From the NCBI GenBank assembly GCA_025449905.1, contig JANWIN010000008.1:4642-68641 (forward strand): a DNA stretch of 64,000 nucleotides, given 5' to 3'. Positions 18,520 to 27,137 of the stretch are shown here, piece after piece. Both the position numbers and the translations under genes were made by a program. The DNA is from Candidatus Saccharimonadales bacterium. GTDB lineage: Bacteria; Patescibacteriota; Saccharimonadia; Saccharimonadales; JANWIN01. Numbering within the stretch: position 1 is the stretch's first letter; each line of letters begins with the position of its first letter. The notes below the pieces were generated by a model that was given only the letters and a program-made list of their open reading frames with translations, did no database searches and was not told the origin of the DNA.

Positions 18520-19452
18520 ATGAGCAAAGTAATTCACACCCCGGGACTGGTCAACATCAAGGACCACTCACCGATTAGCGCGACCTTTACGGTTGAGCCA
18601 CTGCACACTGGCTATGGCATGACACTCGGTAACTCCTTGCGACGTGTTTTGCTGTCCAGCATTGCCGGCGCGGCTATCACTGCGTTTAAGATTGAGGGTA
18701 TTACCCACGAGTTCACTTCGCTACCGGGAGTTAAAGAAGATGTTGTTGACGTTATGCTAAATCTTAAGAGTGTACGTTTTCGCTTGTTTAGTGCCGAGCC
18801 GCAAACTCTGCGCTTAACCAAAAGTGGCAAGGGGGTGGTTACCGCCGGAGATATTACGCTTAACGCCGATGTGGAAGTAGTAAATCCTAAACAGGTTATT
18901 GCTACTTTGGATGATTCTAAAGCCAAGTTGGTGGTTGATGTAGTTGTCGAGACCGGTCGTGGTTACCGCACAATTGACGATAGCTCCAGCAGCAAAGCCA
19001 GCGACATGGTGGCCATTGATGCCGTCTTTAGTCCAGTTAATCGAGTGCGTTACAAGGTAGAAAACACTCGTGTTGGCCAAATGACAGACCTCGACAAGCT
19101 GTTAATTACCATAGATACAGATGGCACGTTAACACCGCGGGAAGCTTTTGAAGAAGCTTCAGCTATTTTAGTTAACCAATACACGGCTCTCGCAGGCCAA
19201 ACCCGCGTTGAAACTACTGAACCTTTAACTAATGAGGGCGCGGCTGGCGATAATGACGAACCGCCGGAGTTAATGACACCAATTGAAGACCTTAACCTGT
19301 CAGCTCGTACCACAAACGCCTTAGTGAATAATGAAATTCACACTTTGAAAGACTTGTTTAGCCTAAGCGACGCTGAACTAAAAGACCTCAAAGGTTTTGG
19401 CAGTAAAGCTCTGGATGAAGTTAAAGAAAAGCTAGCGGAGTTGGAGCTATAA
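18520..19452 (+). CDS. rpoA: DNA-directed RNA polymerase alpha subunit
   Basis: 310 aa with N-terminal and C-terminal domains (LNLSARTTNALVNNEIHTLKDL). Confidence 0.95.
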   Translation: MSKVIHTPGLVNIKDHSPISATFTVEPLHTGYGMTLGNSLRRVLLSSIAGAAITAFKIEGITHEFTSLPGVKEDVVDVMLNLKSVRFRLFSAEPQTLRLTKSGKGVVTAGDITLNADVEVVNPKQVIATLDDSKAKLVVDVVVETGRGYRTIDDSSSSKASDMVAIDAVFSPVNRVRYKVENTRVGQMTDLDKLLITIDTDGTLTPREAFEEASAILVNQYTALAGQTRVETTEPLTNEGAAGDNDEPPELMTPIEDLNLSARTTNALVNNEIHTLKDLFSLSDAELKDLKGFGSKALDEVKEKLAELEL

Positions 19453-19453
19453 G

Positions 19454-19933
19454 ATGCATCGGCACGGATACAGCGGTCGAAAATTTGGACGAGAGACGGA
19501 TCAACGCCGAGCTTTGATTAAAAGCTTAGCCGAGGCGTTGATTATCAACGAGTCCATTGAGACCACCTTGCCAAAGGCCAAAGAGTTAGTGCCTTACATG
19601 GAAAAACTGATAACTAAAGCTAAGAAAGGCCAGCTCGCACAGCGCCGTCAGGTGGTTGTGGGCCTGCAAACTGTTTCCAGTGCTCACAAGCTGGTTGATG
19701 AGATTGCGCCCAAACTCAAAGGCCGGACTAGCGGACACTTAACTATTGAAAAAACGACGTTACGCCGAGGTGACTTGGCACAACTAGCCAGAGTTAGCTT
19801 TGTTGATGATTTAAAGGCTCAGTCGGCTAAAGTATCACCAGAAAATAAGACTCAAGTTGAAAAGCCTAAAGCTAACGTCAAGGCTCCGGTCAAAAAGACA
19901 TCAGCAAAGCCTAAAGTGGAGGCCAAGAAATGA
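19454..19933 (+). CDS. rplQ: 50S ribosomal protein L17 (bL17) with K-rich C-terminal tail
   Basis: MHRHGYSGRKFGRETDQRRAL... core plus ~40-aa tail. Confidence 0.94.
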   Translation: MHRHGYSGRKFGRETDQRRALIKSLAEALIINESIETTLPKAKELVPYMEKLITKAKKGQLAQRRQVVVGLQTVSSAHKLVDEIAPKLKGRTSGHLTIEKTTLRRGDLAQLARVSFVDDLKAQSAKVSPENKTQVEKPKANVKAPVKKTSAKPKVEAKK

Positions 19934-20370
19934 AGACTTTTAGCCTAAAACCAGCCGATGTGAAGCGCAGGTGGTATGAACTTGATGCCGCGGAAACAAC
20001 CCTTGGTCGCTTGTCGGTCGGCGCAGCCAAATTGCTAATTGGCAAATCAAAACCGGAGTATTCACCGCACGTAGATAACGGCGACTACGTAGTTATAACG
20101 AACGCCGCTAAGCTTAAAGTTACTAGCGATAAGCTGCTCAAAAAAACTTATTACCGACACAGCGGCTACCCTGGTAACTTGCGAAGCAAAACCTTAGCTG
20201 AAAAAATGGATGAATCACCTAGTGAAGTTGTTAGACTAGCTATTCGCGGCATGCTGCCAGTAAATAAGCTTCGCGATGGAAGGCTTGCCCGGCTTAAGAT
20301 CTACGACGGTCCAGAGCATGAAAACACTGCTCAAAAGCCTGAAAAGATTACTATCAAGGAGCTCAAATGA
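19930..20370 (+). CDS. rplM: 50S ribosomal protein L13 (uL13)
   Basis: uL13-like sequence (RWYELDA..., YYRHSGYPG). Confidence 0.95.
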   Translation: MKTFSLKPADVKRRWYELDAAETTLGRLSVGAAKLLIGKSKPEYSPHVDNGDYVVITNAAKLKVTSDKLLKKTYYRHSGYPGNLRSKTLAEKMDESPSEVVRLAIRGMLPVNKLRDGRLARLKIYDGPEHENTAQKPEKITIKELK

Positions 20371-20543
20371 CTCAGACACTTTTTCGCTTAGATGAGTACA
20401 AGGAAATACTGAAGCACGCAGCGAAGCGTGCGAAGTGGTACGCAGAACGAGTACTGGAAGTAATTGACGCAGTAATCACTAAGAGCATTCAAGTTGCTGC
20501 CCGCTTTGCTGGTGGACAGTTGAATGCGGCGAGGAGAGTCTGA
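20367..20543 (+). CDS. orphan helical protein (58 aa) between rplM and rpsI
   Basis: Hand-translated as MTQTLFRLDEYKEILKHAAKRAKWYAERVLEVIDAVITKSIQVAARFAGGQLNAARRV. Its ATG overlaps the rplM stop (ATGA); its stop lies 1 nt before the rpsI ATG. Confidence 0.4.
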   Translation: MTQTLFRLDEYKEILKHAAKRAKWYAERVLEVIDAVITKSIQVAARFAGGQLNAARRV

Positions 20544-20544
20544 A

Positions 20545-20940
20545 ATGGCTGCTAATTATACCTATGCTTTAGGCCGACGTAAAAGTGCTACTGCCAGGGT
20601 CCGTCTGACTCGCGGTAAGGGTCAGGTTACGATTAATGGTAAACCCGCAGAAGAATATGTAAAGAACAGCAAATACCTCTTAAAAGTGCTACAAGAGCCG
20701 TTCACTGCAATTGAGCAGAACAATAATTATGATGTTAGTGCTAAGGTAACCGGTGGCGGAACCAGCGGTCAGATTGATGCTATTCGTCTAGGAATTGCCA
20801 AAGCTCTTGCGACTTCTAATGACGATCTGCGCAGTACTTTACGCCGTGCTGAACTACTTGGCCGCGATCCGCGCGAGAAGGAACGAAAGAAATTCGGCCT
20901 CAAAGGCGCTCGTAAGAAACGACAATTCACCAAGAGGTAG
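20545..20940 (+). CDS. rpsI: 30S ribosomal protein S9 (uS9)
   Basis: MAANYTYALGRRKSATARVRL...KKRQFTKR. The ORF-track start 20524 is trimmed to ATG 20545. Confidence 0.95.
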   Translation: MAANYTYALGRRKSATARVRLTRGKGQVTINGKPAEEYVKNSKYLLKVLQEPFTAIEQNNNYDVSAKVTGGGTSGQIDAIRLGIAKALATSNDDLRSTLRRAELLGRDPREKERKKFGLKGARKKRQFTKR

Positions 20941-20944
20941 ATCC

Positions 20945-22078
20945 ATGGTCTTAGACACCCAAACAGCACTGGAATATTACTGGGCGCTAGATTCAATGTC
21001 AGCCGAAGTGTTTGCTTCAAGAATGGATGCTGCCGGCCAATCTCGGCGTTTAGAAGCTATCTATTCTCCTCTTGGCGAAATCGCAATTGATGATACCGTA
21101 GGCATGAGTCGGGATCGAATTGGCGCCATCTTTAGAGGCGAATCCAAAGAAAAGCTAATTGCCTTTGGACCTTGTTCGGATGGAAATGAACAGGATTTAC
21201 CGGTGCAATTAGATGAACTGTTTGATTTCATCGAAAAACTTCAAGAAACTTATCCAGGTGCACTTTTTGCAGTCAGGCTAAACGGCGCCAAACCTCGTAC
21301 CGGCCCCGACTGGACAGGCTCGTACTATAGCCTTAACCCTAACTCCAGAATGCACCTCATTGAACACTATATATCTGCAGCCAACCGAGGCATTCCTGCT
21401 CTTAGTGAAATAACACAAGAATCACAACTTGGCTTATTGGCACCATACCTAAGTGCTGCGTGGCTTGGAGCAAGAGATATGCAATCAACCACTCTGCGAA
21501 CTGCCCTTTCGGCTTATCATTTGCCAGCAGGTGTCAAAAATAGCATAAGCGGCCAGCCAAAGACCGTAGAAGATGCCGTCAGAACTATTAGAAGCAATTC
21601 TAAGGATAGAGGTAATACGGGTGTAGAACTTACTATTGCTGGACATATGGCGGATGTACCGCTGCCAGTTGGGCAAGGCAATAAAGACGTTGCAATTTTT
21701 GCTAGAGGACATGAGCTACGTAAAGGTACTTTAGCCGAGGAGGGACGAGCACTTGCCTTAGAGCATCTAGGTATAATGTGCACATTAGGTGTAGAGTTGG
21801 GTGCGACAGTCATTATTGATGGCTCACATGACGTACCAAAAATGTTTAACTTAGCTACGAGCGAGGGAAAAAAAGACCCTGACCGATTAGTCCCTGTTTT
21901 GCGTGAAATCCATAGAGGAATTGAAGAAGAAAGAGTAGAGAATGCTAGTCAGATTGGGGGTCTGATAGGCGAGGTTGGGCCTGACGTAGGCGACACAGAC
22001 CCAAACTTTATCTTGGACGAGGCGCATAAAGAACAGCTAATGAAAGTCGTTGACGAGTTCCTTAACCTAGAAATATAG
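20945..22078 (+). CDS. divergent class-I DAHP synthase family protein
   Basis: By-eye alignment to AroG-type landmarks: FGPCS, GAKPRTGPDWTG, AAWLGARDMQS, LPAGVKNSISG, VIIDGSHD. ATG 20945 lies 4 nt after the rpsI stop; the ORF-track start 20795 would overlap rpsI. Confidence 0.55.
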   Translation: MVLDTQTALEYYWALDSMSAEVFASRMDAAGQSRRLEAIYSPLGEIAIDDTVGMSRDRIGAIFRGESKEKLIAFGPCSDGNEQDLPVQLDELFDFIEKLQETYPGALFAVRLNGAKPRTGPDWTGSYYSLNPNSRMHLIEHYISAANRGIPALSEITQESQLGLLAPYLSAAWLGARDMQSTTLRTALSAYHLPAGVKNSISGQPKTVEDAVRTIRSNSKDRGNTGVELTIAGHMADVPLPVGQGNKDVAIFARGHELRKGTLAEEGRALALEHLGIMCTLGVELGATVIIDGSHDVPKMFNLATSEGKKDPDRLVPVLREIHRGIEEERVENASQIGGLIGEVGPDVGDTDPNFILDEAHKEQLMKVVDEFLNLEI

Positions 22079-22081
22079 ACG

Positions 22082-22237
22082 TTGACAAAGTTATTATTTG
22101 TAGTATATTAGTTTTTATGTCTAAAATGACAATCAACAATTCATTTTGGTTTACCGACACAACTCGTGGCGGTTTATTCCGTATGTTCTAAGATTGTCTA
22201 AAACCTATCGAAGAAGCCGCCACCAAGGCGGTTTTTT
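22082..22237 (+). promoter_or_regulatory. candidate leader-peptide attenuator upstream of the 72-aa ORF and trpS
   Basis: TTGACA (22082-87), 16-nt spacer, TATATT (22104-09), 7 nt, then a 24-codon ORF 22117-22191 (MSKMTINNSFWFTDTTRGGLFRMF). GTGGCGGTTT (22166-75) can pair with AAGCCGCCAC (22214-23), which overlaps the terminator. Confidence 0.5.
22216..22237 (+). terminator. intrinsic terminator
   Basis: GCCGCC / accaa / GGCGG(T) stem-loop followed by T6. Confidence 0.6.
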
Positions 22238-22274
22238 AATAATTTAAGTAATAATTTAAGAAAGGAATATAACA

Positions 22275-22493
22275 ATGGATAAAGATAAAAGGCCTAGGGG
22301 CATGATGATCATACCCCCTGGAGGAACAGAAGGTCTGATAGAAGACAAAGCAGAAATTGAGCGTTTAGATGCAGGACAATCTCAAAACCAAGATTTAGAA
22401 GTTGGAACGGAGCAAAATATTGGTACTGTCGCAACCAAAGCAGAGGCAGACAGATCTAATTCCCCATATTTCGTAAAACGTGCAGGAATTTAA
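22275..22493 (+). CDS. hypothetical protein (72 aa)
   Basis: ORF with upstream aaggaa RBS-like sequence; polar low-complexity protein; no motif. Confidence 0.3.
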   Translation: MDKDKRPRGMMIIPPGGTEGLIEDKAEIERLDAGQSQNQDLEVGTEQNIGTVATKAEADRSNSPYFVKRAGI

Positions 22494-22508
22494 GATATAA
22501 TTACAACA

Positions 22509-23768
22509 ATGAGTAAACCGGTAATACTTACAGGTCTTAGAGCTAATAACGACCTCCACCTAGGTAATTATTTGGGGGCCTTGCTACCTATGGTTGACAT
22601 GGCTAACAAACAAGCTGGCGAGCATCAAATTAATCTGTTCGTACCTGATTTACACAGCTTTACGACACCAATCGACCATTCTAAGCTTTACCAGCAAAGC
22701 ATTGATAATGTGAAAGTCTTTGTAGCTACCGGACTTCATATCGGACACGAAAATGTACACATATACCGTCAAAGTTTTATTCCAGCCCATTCGGAGCTGG
22801 CTATCATCCTTAATAGCTTTGTGGGCGTTGGTGAAATGGAGAGAATGACACAATACAAAGAAAAGATAGCAAGTTCAGTTGAAAAAGAAAGAGAGTTCGC
22901 TAAACACCTAGAGGAGCTATTCAGAAAAAATATAAATGAAAATAACGAGGTAAATGATGCAGTGGAAAGGATGACACAGTATAAGAAAAGAATTAAAATA
23001 AATGAAAAAAAATACTTAAGCCAACAAAAATATATGCAAAGTCTATCTGACATTGTTTTAGAAACAGAAAAAGGTGACATTTTCAACATTGAAGTCAAAT
23101 CAAAAAAAGATATTGGACCATCGGTAGGCCTTTTTGATTATCCTGTGTTGATGGCGGCTGATATTCTGCTTTATGGCGCCTCATATGTGCCCGTTGGCGA
23201 TGATCAGACTCAGCATCTAGAATTTACCCGCAATATAGCTGAGCGAATGAATAAAAAGTTTGGCGAGCTGTTTGTTGTGCCAAACCCTGTTGCTGAGCAG
23301 CACAAATTCTTTGGAAAAGACCAAGGTTTGCGCATTCGCGACCTTCTAGATCCAAATAAAAAGATGAGCAAATCCGACGACACCGGCAAAGGTGTGATTT
23401 TCTTAAGTGACAAGCCCGAAGAAGCAGCAAAAAAAGTAATGTCAGCTACTACGGATAGCCTTAATAAAATTGCACTGGATTTTGAGAAGCAACCTGGAGT
23501 TAGTAATTTATTGCAAATACATGCCTTGCTTTCTGGCGAAACTCTAGACGCCGTCACTAAACATCACGGTGGGGAAACAAACTACAGCGACCTTAAAAAA
23601 GAGGTGGCAGAACAAGTTAAAGAGTTCTTAAATGACTTCCAGGCAAAACTTTCAGCTGTAAACGAGCACGAAGTTATCAAAAAGCTGGAAGCCAGCGAAG
23701 CTGAAATGAATAGACAAGCCAACGAGACCCTAGCCAAGGTTCAAAAAGCCGTAGGCCTGCGCAAATAA
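22509..23768 (+). CDS. trpS: tryptophan--tRNA ligase with a large internal insertion
   Basis: Class I HIGH-type motif (NDLHLGNYLG), KMSKS (NKKMSKSD), YPVLMAADIL. 419 aa, with a ~80-aa K/E/N-rich insert. Confidence 0.9.
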   Translation: MSKPVILTGLRANNDLHLGNYLGALLPMVDMANKQAGEHQINLFVPDLHSFTTPIDHSKLYQQSIDNVKVFVATGLHIGHENVHIYRQSFIPAHSELAIILNSFVGVGEMERMTQYKEKIASSVEKEREFAKHLEELFRKNINENNEVNDAVERMTQYKKRIKINEKKYLSQQKYMQSLSDIVLETEKGDIFNIEVKSKKDIGPSVGLFDYPVLMAADILLYGASYVPVGDDQTQHLEFTRNIAERMNKKFGELFVVPNPVAEQHKFFGKDQGLRIRDLLDPNKKMSKSDDTGKGVIFLSDKPEEAAKKVMSATTDSLNKIALDFEKQPGVSNLLQIHALLSGETLDAVTKHHGGETNYSDLKKEVAEQVKEFLNDFQAKLSAVNEHEVIKKLEASEAEMNRQANETLAKVQKAVGLRK

Positions 23769-23771
23769 CCT

Positions 23772-24632
23772 ATGTTGAGATTTATCGTTGACGACGAACA
23801 TGACGGTCAGCGCGTGGACGTTTTTGTTGCGGAAAAACTTAAAGACTTGAGCCGATCATTTATTAACCAGTTAGCCGATGATGGTAGGATAAGTATTAAT
23901 AATAAAGTCGTTAAACCAAGCCACAAGTTAAAGATTGGCGACATCATCCAAGTTGATTTTGATCTGGAAACCCTAGAAAATGTACCGAAGGTTGATTTGC
24001 CAATACTTTATGAAGACAATGACGTCTTAGTTCTTGATAAACCAGCAGGGGTCTTGACGCACAGCAAGGGCTCATATAACCCAGAAGCTACTGTTGCTAC
24101 CTTTATTAAGGACAAAATTGCAAATATGGAAGGCAACCGCGGTGGCATTGCTCATCGCCTGGACAGATTTACTTCTGGAGTAATTATTACAGCTAAAAAC
24201 CCTGAAAGTTTAAAGTGGCTTCAAAAACAATTTTCTACCCGGAAAGTCCAAAAAACCTATATTGCCGTAGTTGAAGGAAAAGTTGAGCCGCCAGAGGCCA
24301 TAATTGATATGCCAATTGAACGCAACCCAAAAAAACCGCAGACTTTTAGAACCGGGCCCAACGGCAAACCAGCAATTACTAAATATAAAACCCTAGAATC
24401 AAATGAAAAATATAGTTTATTGCAACTTAGGCCTAAGACAGGTAGAACACATCAACTGCGAGTGCACTTAAAACAGTTAAATCATCCGATTGTTGGCGAC
24501 TTACTTTATGGCGGTAAGCCAAGCGACAGGCTCTATTTGCATGCATTGAACTTGAAGTTGACTATGCCGAGCGGTGAACAACGGAAATTTGAAGCCCAAT
24601 TGCCCGATGAATTCAATAAAATGGTTAAATAG
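23772..24632 (+). CDS. rluD: RluA-family 23S rRNA pseudouridine synthase (RluD-like)
   Basis: N-terminal S4 domain, HRLDRFTSGVII catalytic motif, TGRTHQLRVH. Confidence 0.85.
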   Translation: MLRFIVDDEHDGQRVDVFVAEKLKDLSRSFINQLADDGRISINNKVVKPSHKLKIGDIIQVDFDLETLENVPKVDLPILYEDNDVLVLDKPAGVLTHSKGSYNPEATVATFIKDKIANMEGNRGGIAHRLDRFTSGVIITAKNPESLKWLQKQFSTRKVQKTYIAVVEGKVEPPEAIIDMPIERNPKKPQTFRTGPNGKPAITKYKTLESNEKYSLLQLRPKTGRTHQLRVHLKQLNHPIVGDLLYGGKPSDRLYLHALNLKLTMPSGEQRKFEAQLPDEFNKMVK

Positions 24633-24636
24633 ACTC

Positions 24637-25503
24637 ATGGATTTAGTCTTAAACCCAAAGGTTAAGGGTGAAATAGAGCAGTTTTTGAATAAACCATCGC
24701 ATGCTTTGCTGCTAGTTGGGCCCGTAGGTAGCGGGAAAAACACATTAGCAACTTATATTTCCGCCAATATCTTAGATTTAAGCGAAGAAAAGCTAAAACA
24801 TTACCCCCATTTTCTTACGCTGGAACCGGACGGACCCAGCATTTCGATAGACGACATTAGAAAGCTGCACAGCTTTGTAAGCTTGAAAACACCGGGTACA
24901 AAATCGATACGCAGAATAGTGGTAGTTCAAAACGCTCAAACTCTGACAATTGAAGCCCAAAACTCTTTTCTAAAACTCCTAGAGGAACCACCGGCTGATA
25001 CGCTATTTATTATGACCGCTTCAGATACTAATTCACTGCTACCAACGGTCTTATCAAGAGTTAGAAGATTAAACGTTTTGCCACCAGACAGAGTTAAATT
25101 TAACGATTATCTTCAAAATAAAGGTTACAAAGTCAGTGACATAGAACGAGCTTTAAATGTTTCCGGCGGACTGCCTGGGCTAGCGACAGCAATTTTAGAG
25201 GCCGATGAAGAGCACCTGCTGGTTAGTCAGATTGAACGAGCCAAGCAACTAATATCTTCAACTATGTTTGAGAGACTAAACGAAGTTAATAACCTGGCAA
25301 AGAACAAGGATGAACTTCCAACCTTATTAATGGCCATCCGGCGCGTCAGTCGAGCAATGTTAACTCAAGCTGCCGAAAAACACAGCCAAGCCGAAGTCAG
25401 AAAGTGGCACTCAATTTTATCGAATGTTGTGCGATCTGAAGACTTGCTGGGTAAAAACCCCCAGCCAAAGTTGCTACTGACTAACCTCCTCATCCAGTTT
25501 TAA
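24637..25503 (+). CDS. holB: DNA polymerase III delta' subunit
   Basis: LLLVGPVGSGKNTLA, FLKLLEEPP, LLPTVLSRVRRL. ATG 24637 lies just after the rluD stop; the ORF-track start 24574 is rejected. Confidence 0.7.
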   Translation: MDLVLNPKVKGEIEQFLNKPSHALLLVGPVGSGKNTLATYISANILDLSEEKLKHYPHFLTLEPDGPSISIDDIRKLHSFVSLKTPGTKSIRRIVVVQNAQTLTIEAQNSFLKLLEEPPADTLFIMTASDTNSLLPTVLSRVRRLNVLPPDRVKFNDYLQNKGYKVSDIERALNVSGGLPGLATAILEADEEHLLVSQIERAKQLISSTMFERLNEVNNLAKNKDELPTLLMAIRRVSRAMLTQAAEKHSQAEVRKWHSILSNVVRSEDLLGKNPQPKLLLTNLLIQF

Positions 25504-25546
25504 AATTGTACTAGATATTGACGATCGTCACGAAGTTGTACAATTT
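25504..25546 (+). promoter_or_regulatory. nested-palindrome promoter/operator motif, copy 2
   Basis: AATTGTACTAGATATTGACGATCGTCAcgaagTTGTACAATTTC. Matches copy 1 except for one arm base and the 5-nt spacer segment; 38 nt upstream of the TPR gene. Confidence 0.6.
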
Positions 25547-25582
25547 CAGGGGTGATTTGTGGGTTTGCTATAATGAAGTTGC

Positions 25583-26236
25583 ATGTTAGAACTTGCATTA
25601 GTCTTAGGCTTTGGAGCGCTGGCAGTCAGAAGCGCCAAAGTACGAGAAGATGAACTATCCCCATTGCCACGCCGTCTGAGTGACCGTATGGGCAAGCTTT
25701 GGGATATCGCCCATCAGGGCATGCGCGATAATCGGTTTTTGCGAGCTGAAAAAGCCCTTCTAACTATCCTAAAGATTGATCAAAAAAACGCAGCTGCTTA
25801 TAACCGTCTAGGCATTCTATATGCCAAACAAAAAGAATATCGAGACGCGATTGACTGTTTTGAGATAGCTTCCAGCATAGAGGCTACGCCATCGAGCCTC
25901 CATAACCTTGGCTTAATTTATTATGAAACCGAGAATTACGATAAGGCGGCTGTGGCCTTCGAGCAGGCCTTGAAGCTAGAGGATGACCTAGCCGCCAGGC
26001 ACGTGGCTTACGCCAAAGTTCAGGAAAAATTGGGTAACCATAAAATTATGCTGCAAGAGCTAGAGAAGGCGGTTGAACTAGAACCCAACCATGAAACTTT
26101 TAATTTACTTAAAAAGGCTTACGAGAACTTGGGACTTACTGAAGAGGCCAAAGCCGTTGAAAAACGGGTTGATAAAATGATTGTAACTTCAGGTAAGCGT
26201 AAGCGTATGCTTAGGCCGCGTCGAGTTGTAATCTGA
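25583..26236 (+). CDS. TPR repeat protein
   Basis: Repeated AxxYxxLGxxYxxxxxYxxAxxxFxxAL pattern; N-terminal hydrophobic segment. Confidence 0.8.
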   Translation: MLELALVLGFGALAVRSAKVREDELSPLPRRLSDRMGKLWDIAHQGMRDNRFLRAEKALLTILKIDQKNAAAYNRLGILYAKQKEYRDAIDCFEIASSIEATPSSLHNLGLIYYETENYDKAAVAFEQALKLEDDLAARHVAYAKVQEKLGNHKIMLQELEKAVELEPNHETFNLLKKAYENLGLTEEAKAVEKRVDKMIVTSGKRKRMLRPRRVVI

Positions 26237-26268
26237 CCCCTGTTTTGGTAAACTTCAGCAGTATCAGC

Positions 26269-26344
26269 GCCGACGTAGCTCAGTGGCTAGAGCGGCTGTT
26301 TTGTAAACAGCGGGTCGTGGGTTCGAATCCCTCCGTCGGCTCCA
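26269..26344 (+). tRNA. tRNA-Thr (anticodon UGU)
   Basis: Cloverleaf folded by eye; acceptor gccgacg/cgtcggc; anticodon loop TTTGTAA; CCA encoded; one T-stem mismatch. Confidence 0.85.
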
Positions 26345-26348
26345 TATT

Positions 26349-26434
26349 GCAGGGTTAGTGAAGCGGTCAAACACGGCAGACTGTAAATCTGTTGGCATTC
26401 GCCTTCGTAGGTTCGAATCCTACACCCTGCACCA
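26349..26434 (+). tRNA. tRNA-Tyr (anticodon GUA)
   Basis: Acceptor gcagggt/accctgc; anticodon loop CTGTAAA; long variable arm; CCA encoded. Confidence 0.85.
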
Positions 26435-26500
26435 ATTTAGTGGTAAATCGAGCACTTGCAGACTAAGCACTCCGGACTATTGTAATTCCGTAAATTTTTA

Positions 26501-26968
26501 TTATTCCGACTTATTCCTTCGATACCAAGGTTTTTGCGTCAGTGCATAATTTTGAACGCAAGTATCCTCACTACTAGCTATCCACCCGATATGAGAATTC
26601 TCATATAGGAAAAAATATCGCTCCTCTTCGCCCAGTTCATCTACAACTTCTTGTCCGAGGTCTTCGGCAACTCCAAAGAAATCCAGAGTTGTTAAACATA
26701 GCCGTCCACATGTTTTAACAGGACATTGATTTACTTGAACAGGAATTTCACCGTTCCCATTAGAGGACTCTTGGGCTAAATCAGTTTCATTGGAATGTGA
26801 TGCGATGTAATCATCTATCGCAATAGGGAATAAAAAGGAATTGAAAGCATTTCCATCTACATAATTTAGTAATTCAAGTAAACAAGTAGGAGGTCTATCT
26901 GCCTCTAATTGACTTCCTGCTGCATCAGCGAATTTATCATGTAAATCGACAAATTCTTTAAATTCCAT
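26501..26968 (-). CDS. hypothetical protein (155 aa), possibly SMI1/KNR4 (SUKH)-like
   Basis: AT-rich ORF. Weak resemblance only (LLELLNYVDGNAF..., ...FFLYENSHIGWIASS); not verified. Confidence 0.35.
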   Translation of the reverse strand: MEFKEFVDLHDKFADAAGSQLEADRPPTCLLELLNYVDGNAFNSFLFPIAIDDYIASHSNETDLAQESSNGNGEIPVQVNQCPVKTCGRLCLTTLDFFGVAEDLGQEVVDELGEEERYFFLYENSHIGWIASSEDTCVQNYALTQKPWYRRNKSE

Positions 26969-27099
26969 ACCACATTAATAACATTAAGGTGACGATTAGT
27001 CAATAATATCACCTGCACTTCAGATGTATCGAAAAGTGTTTTCAGTTTAACGGACGTAGCTAAAAGATTCCTACGACACCAATCACGCTAAACCAAAAA

Positions 27100-27128
27100 T
27101 TGACACAGTAGTAATCCAGTATTATAAT
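27100..27128 (+). promoter_or_regulatory. consensus sigma70 promoter
   Basis: TTGACA (27100-05), 17-nt spacer, TATAAT (27123-28). The ATG of the next gene is 9 nt after the -10 box, with no SD. Confidence 0.6.
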
Positions 27129-27137
27129 AGGTTTATT

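Noticed and set aside
20795-20944. ORF-track N-terminal extension of the DAHP-synthase-like gene
   Set aside because: It would overlap 146 nt of rpsI in another frame. ATG 20945 directly follows the rpsI stop.
22082-22508. T-box riboswitch upstream of trpS
   Set aside because: The leader is only about 120 nt. I could not find the conserved T-box 14-mer or a specifier-loop architecture. A mini-ORF attenuator fits better.
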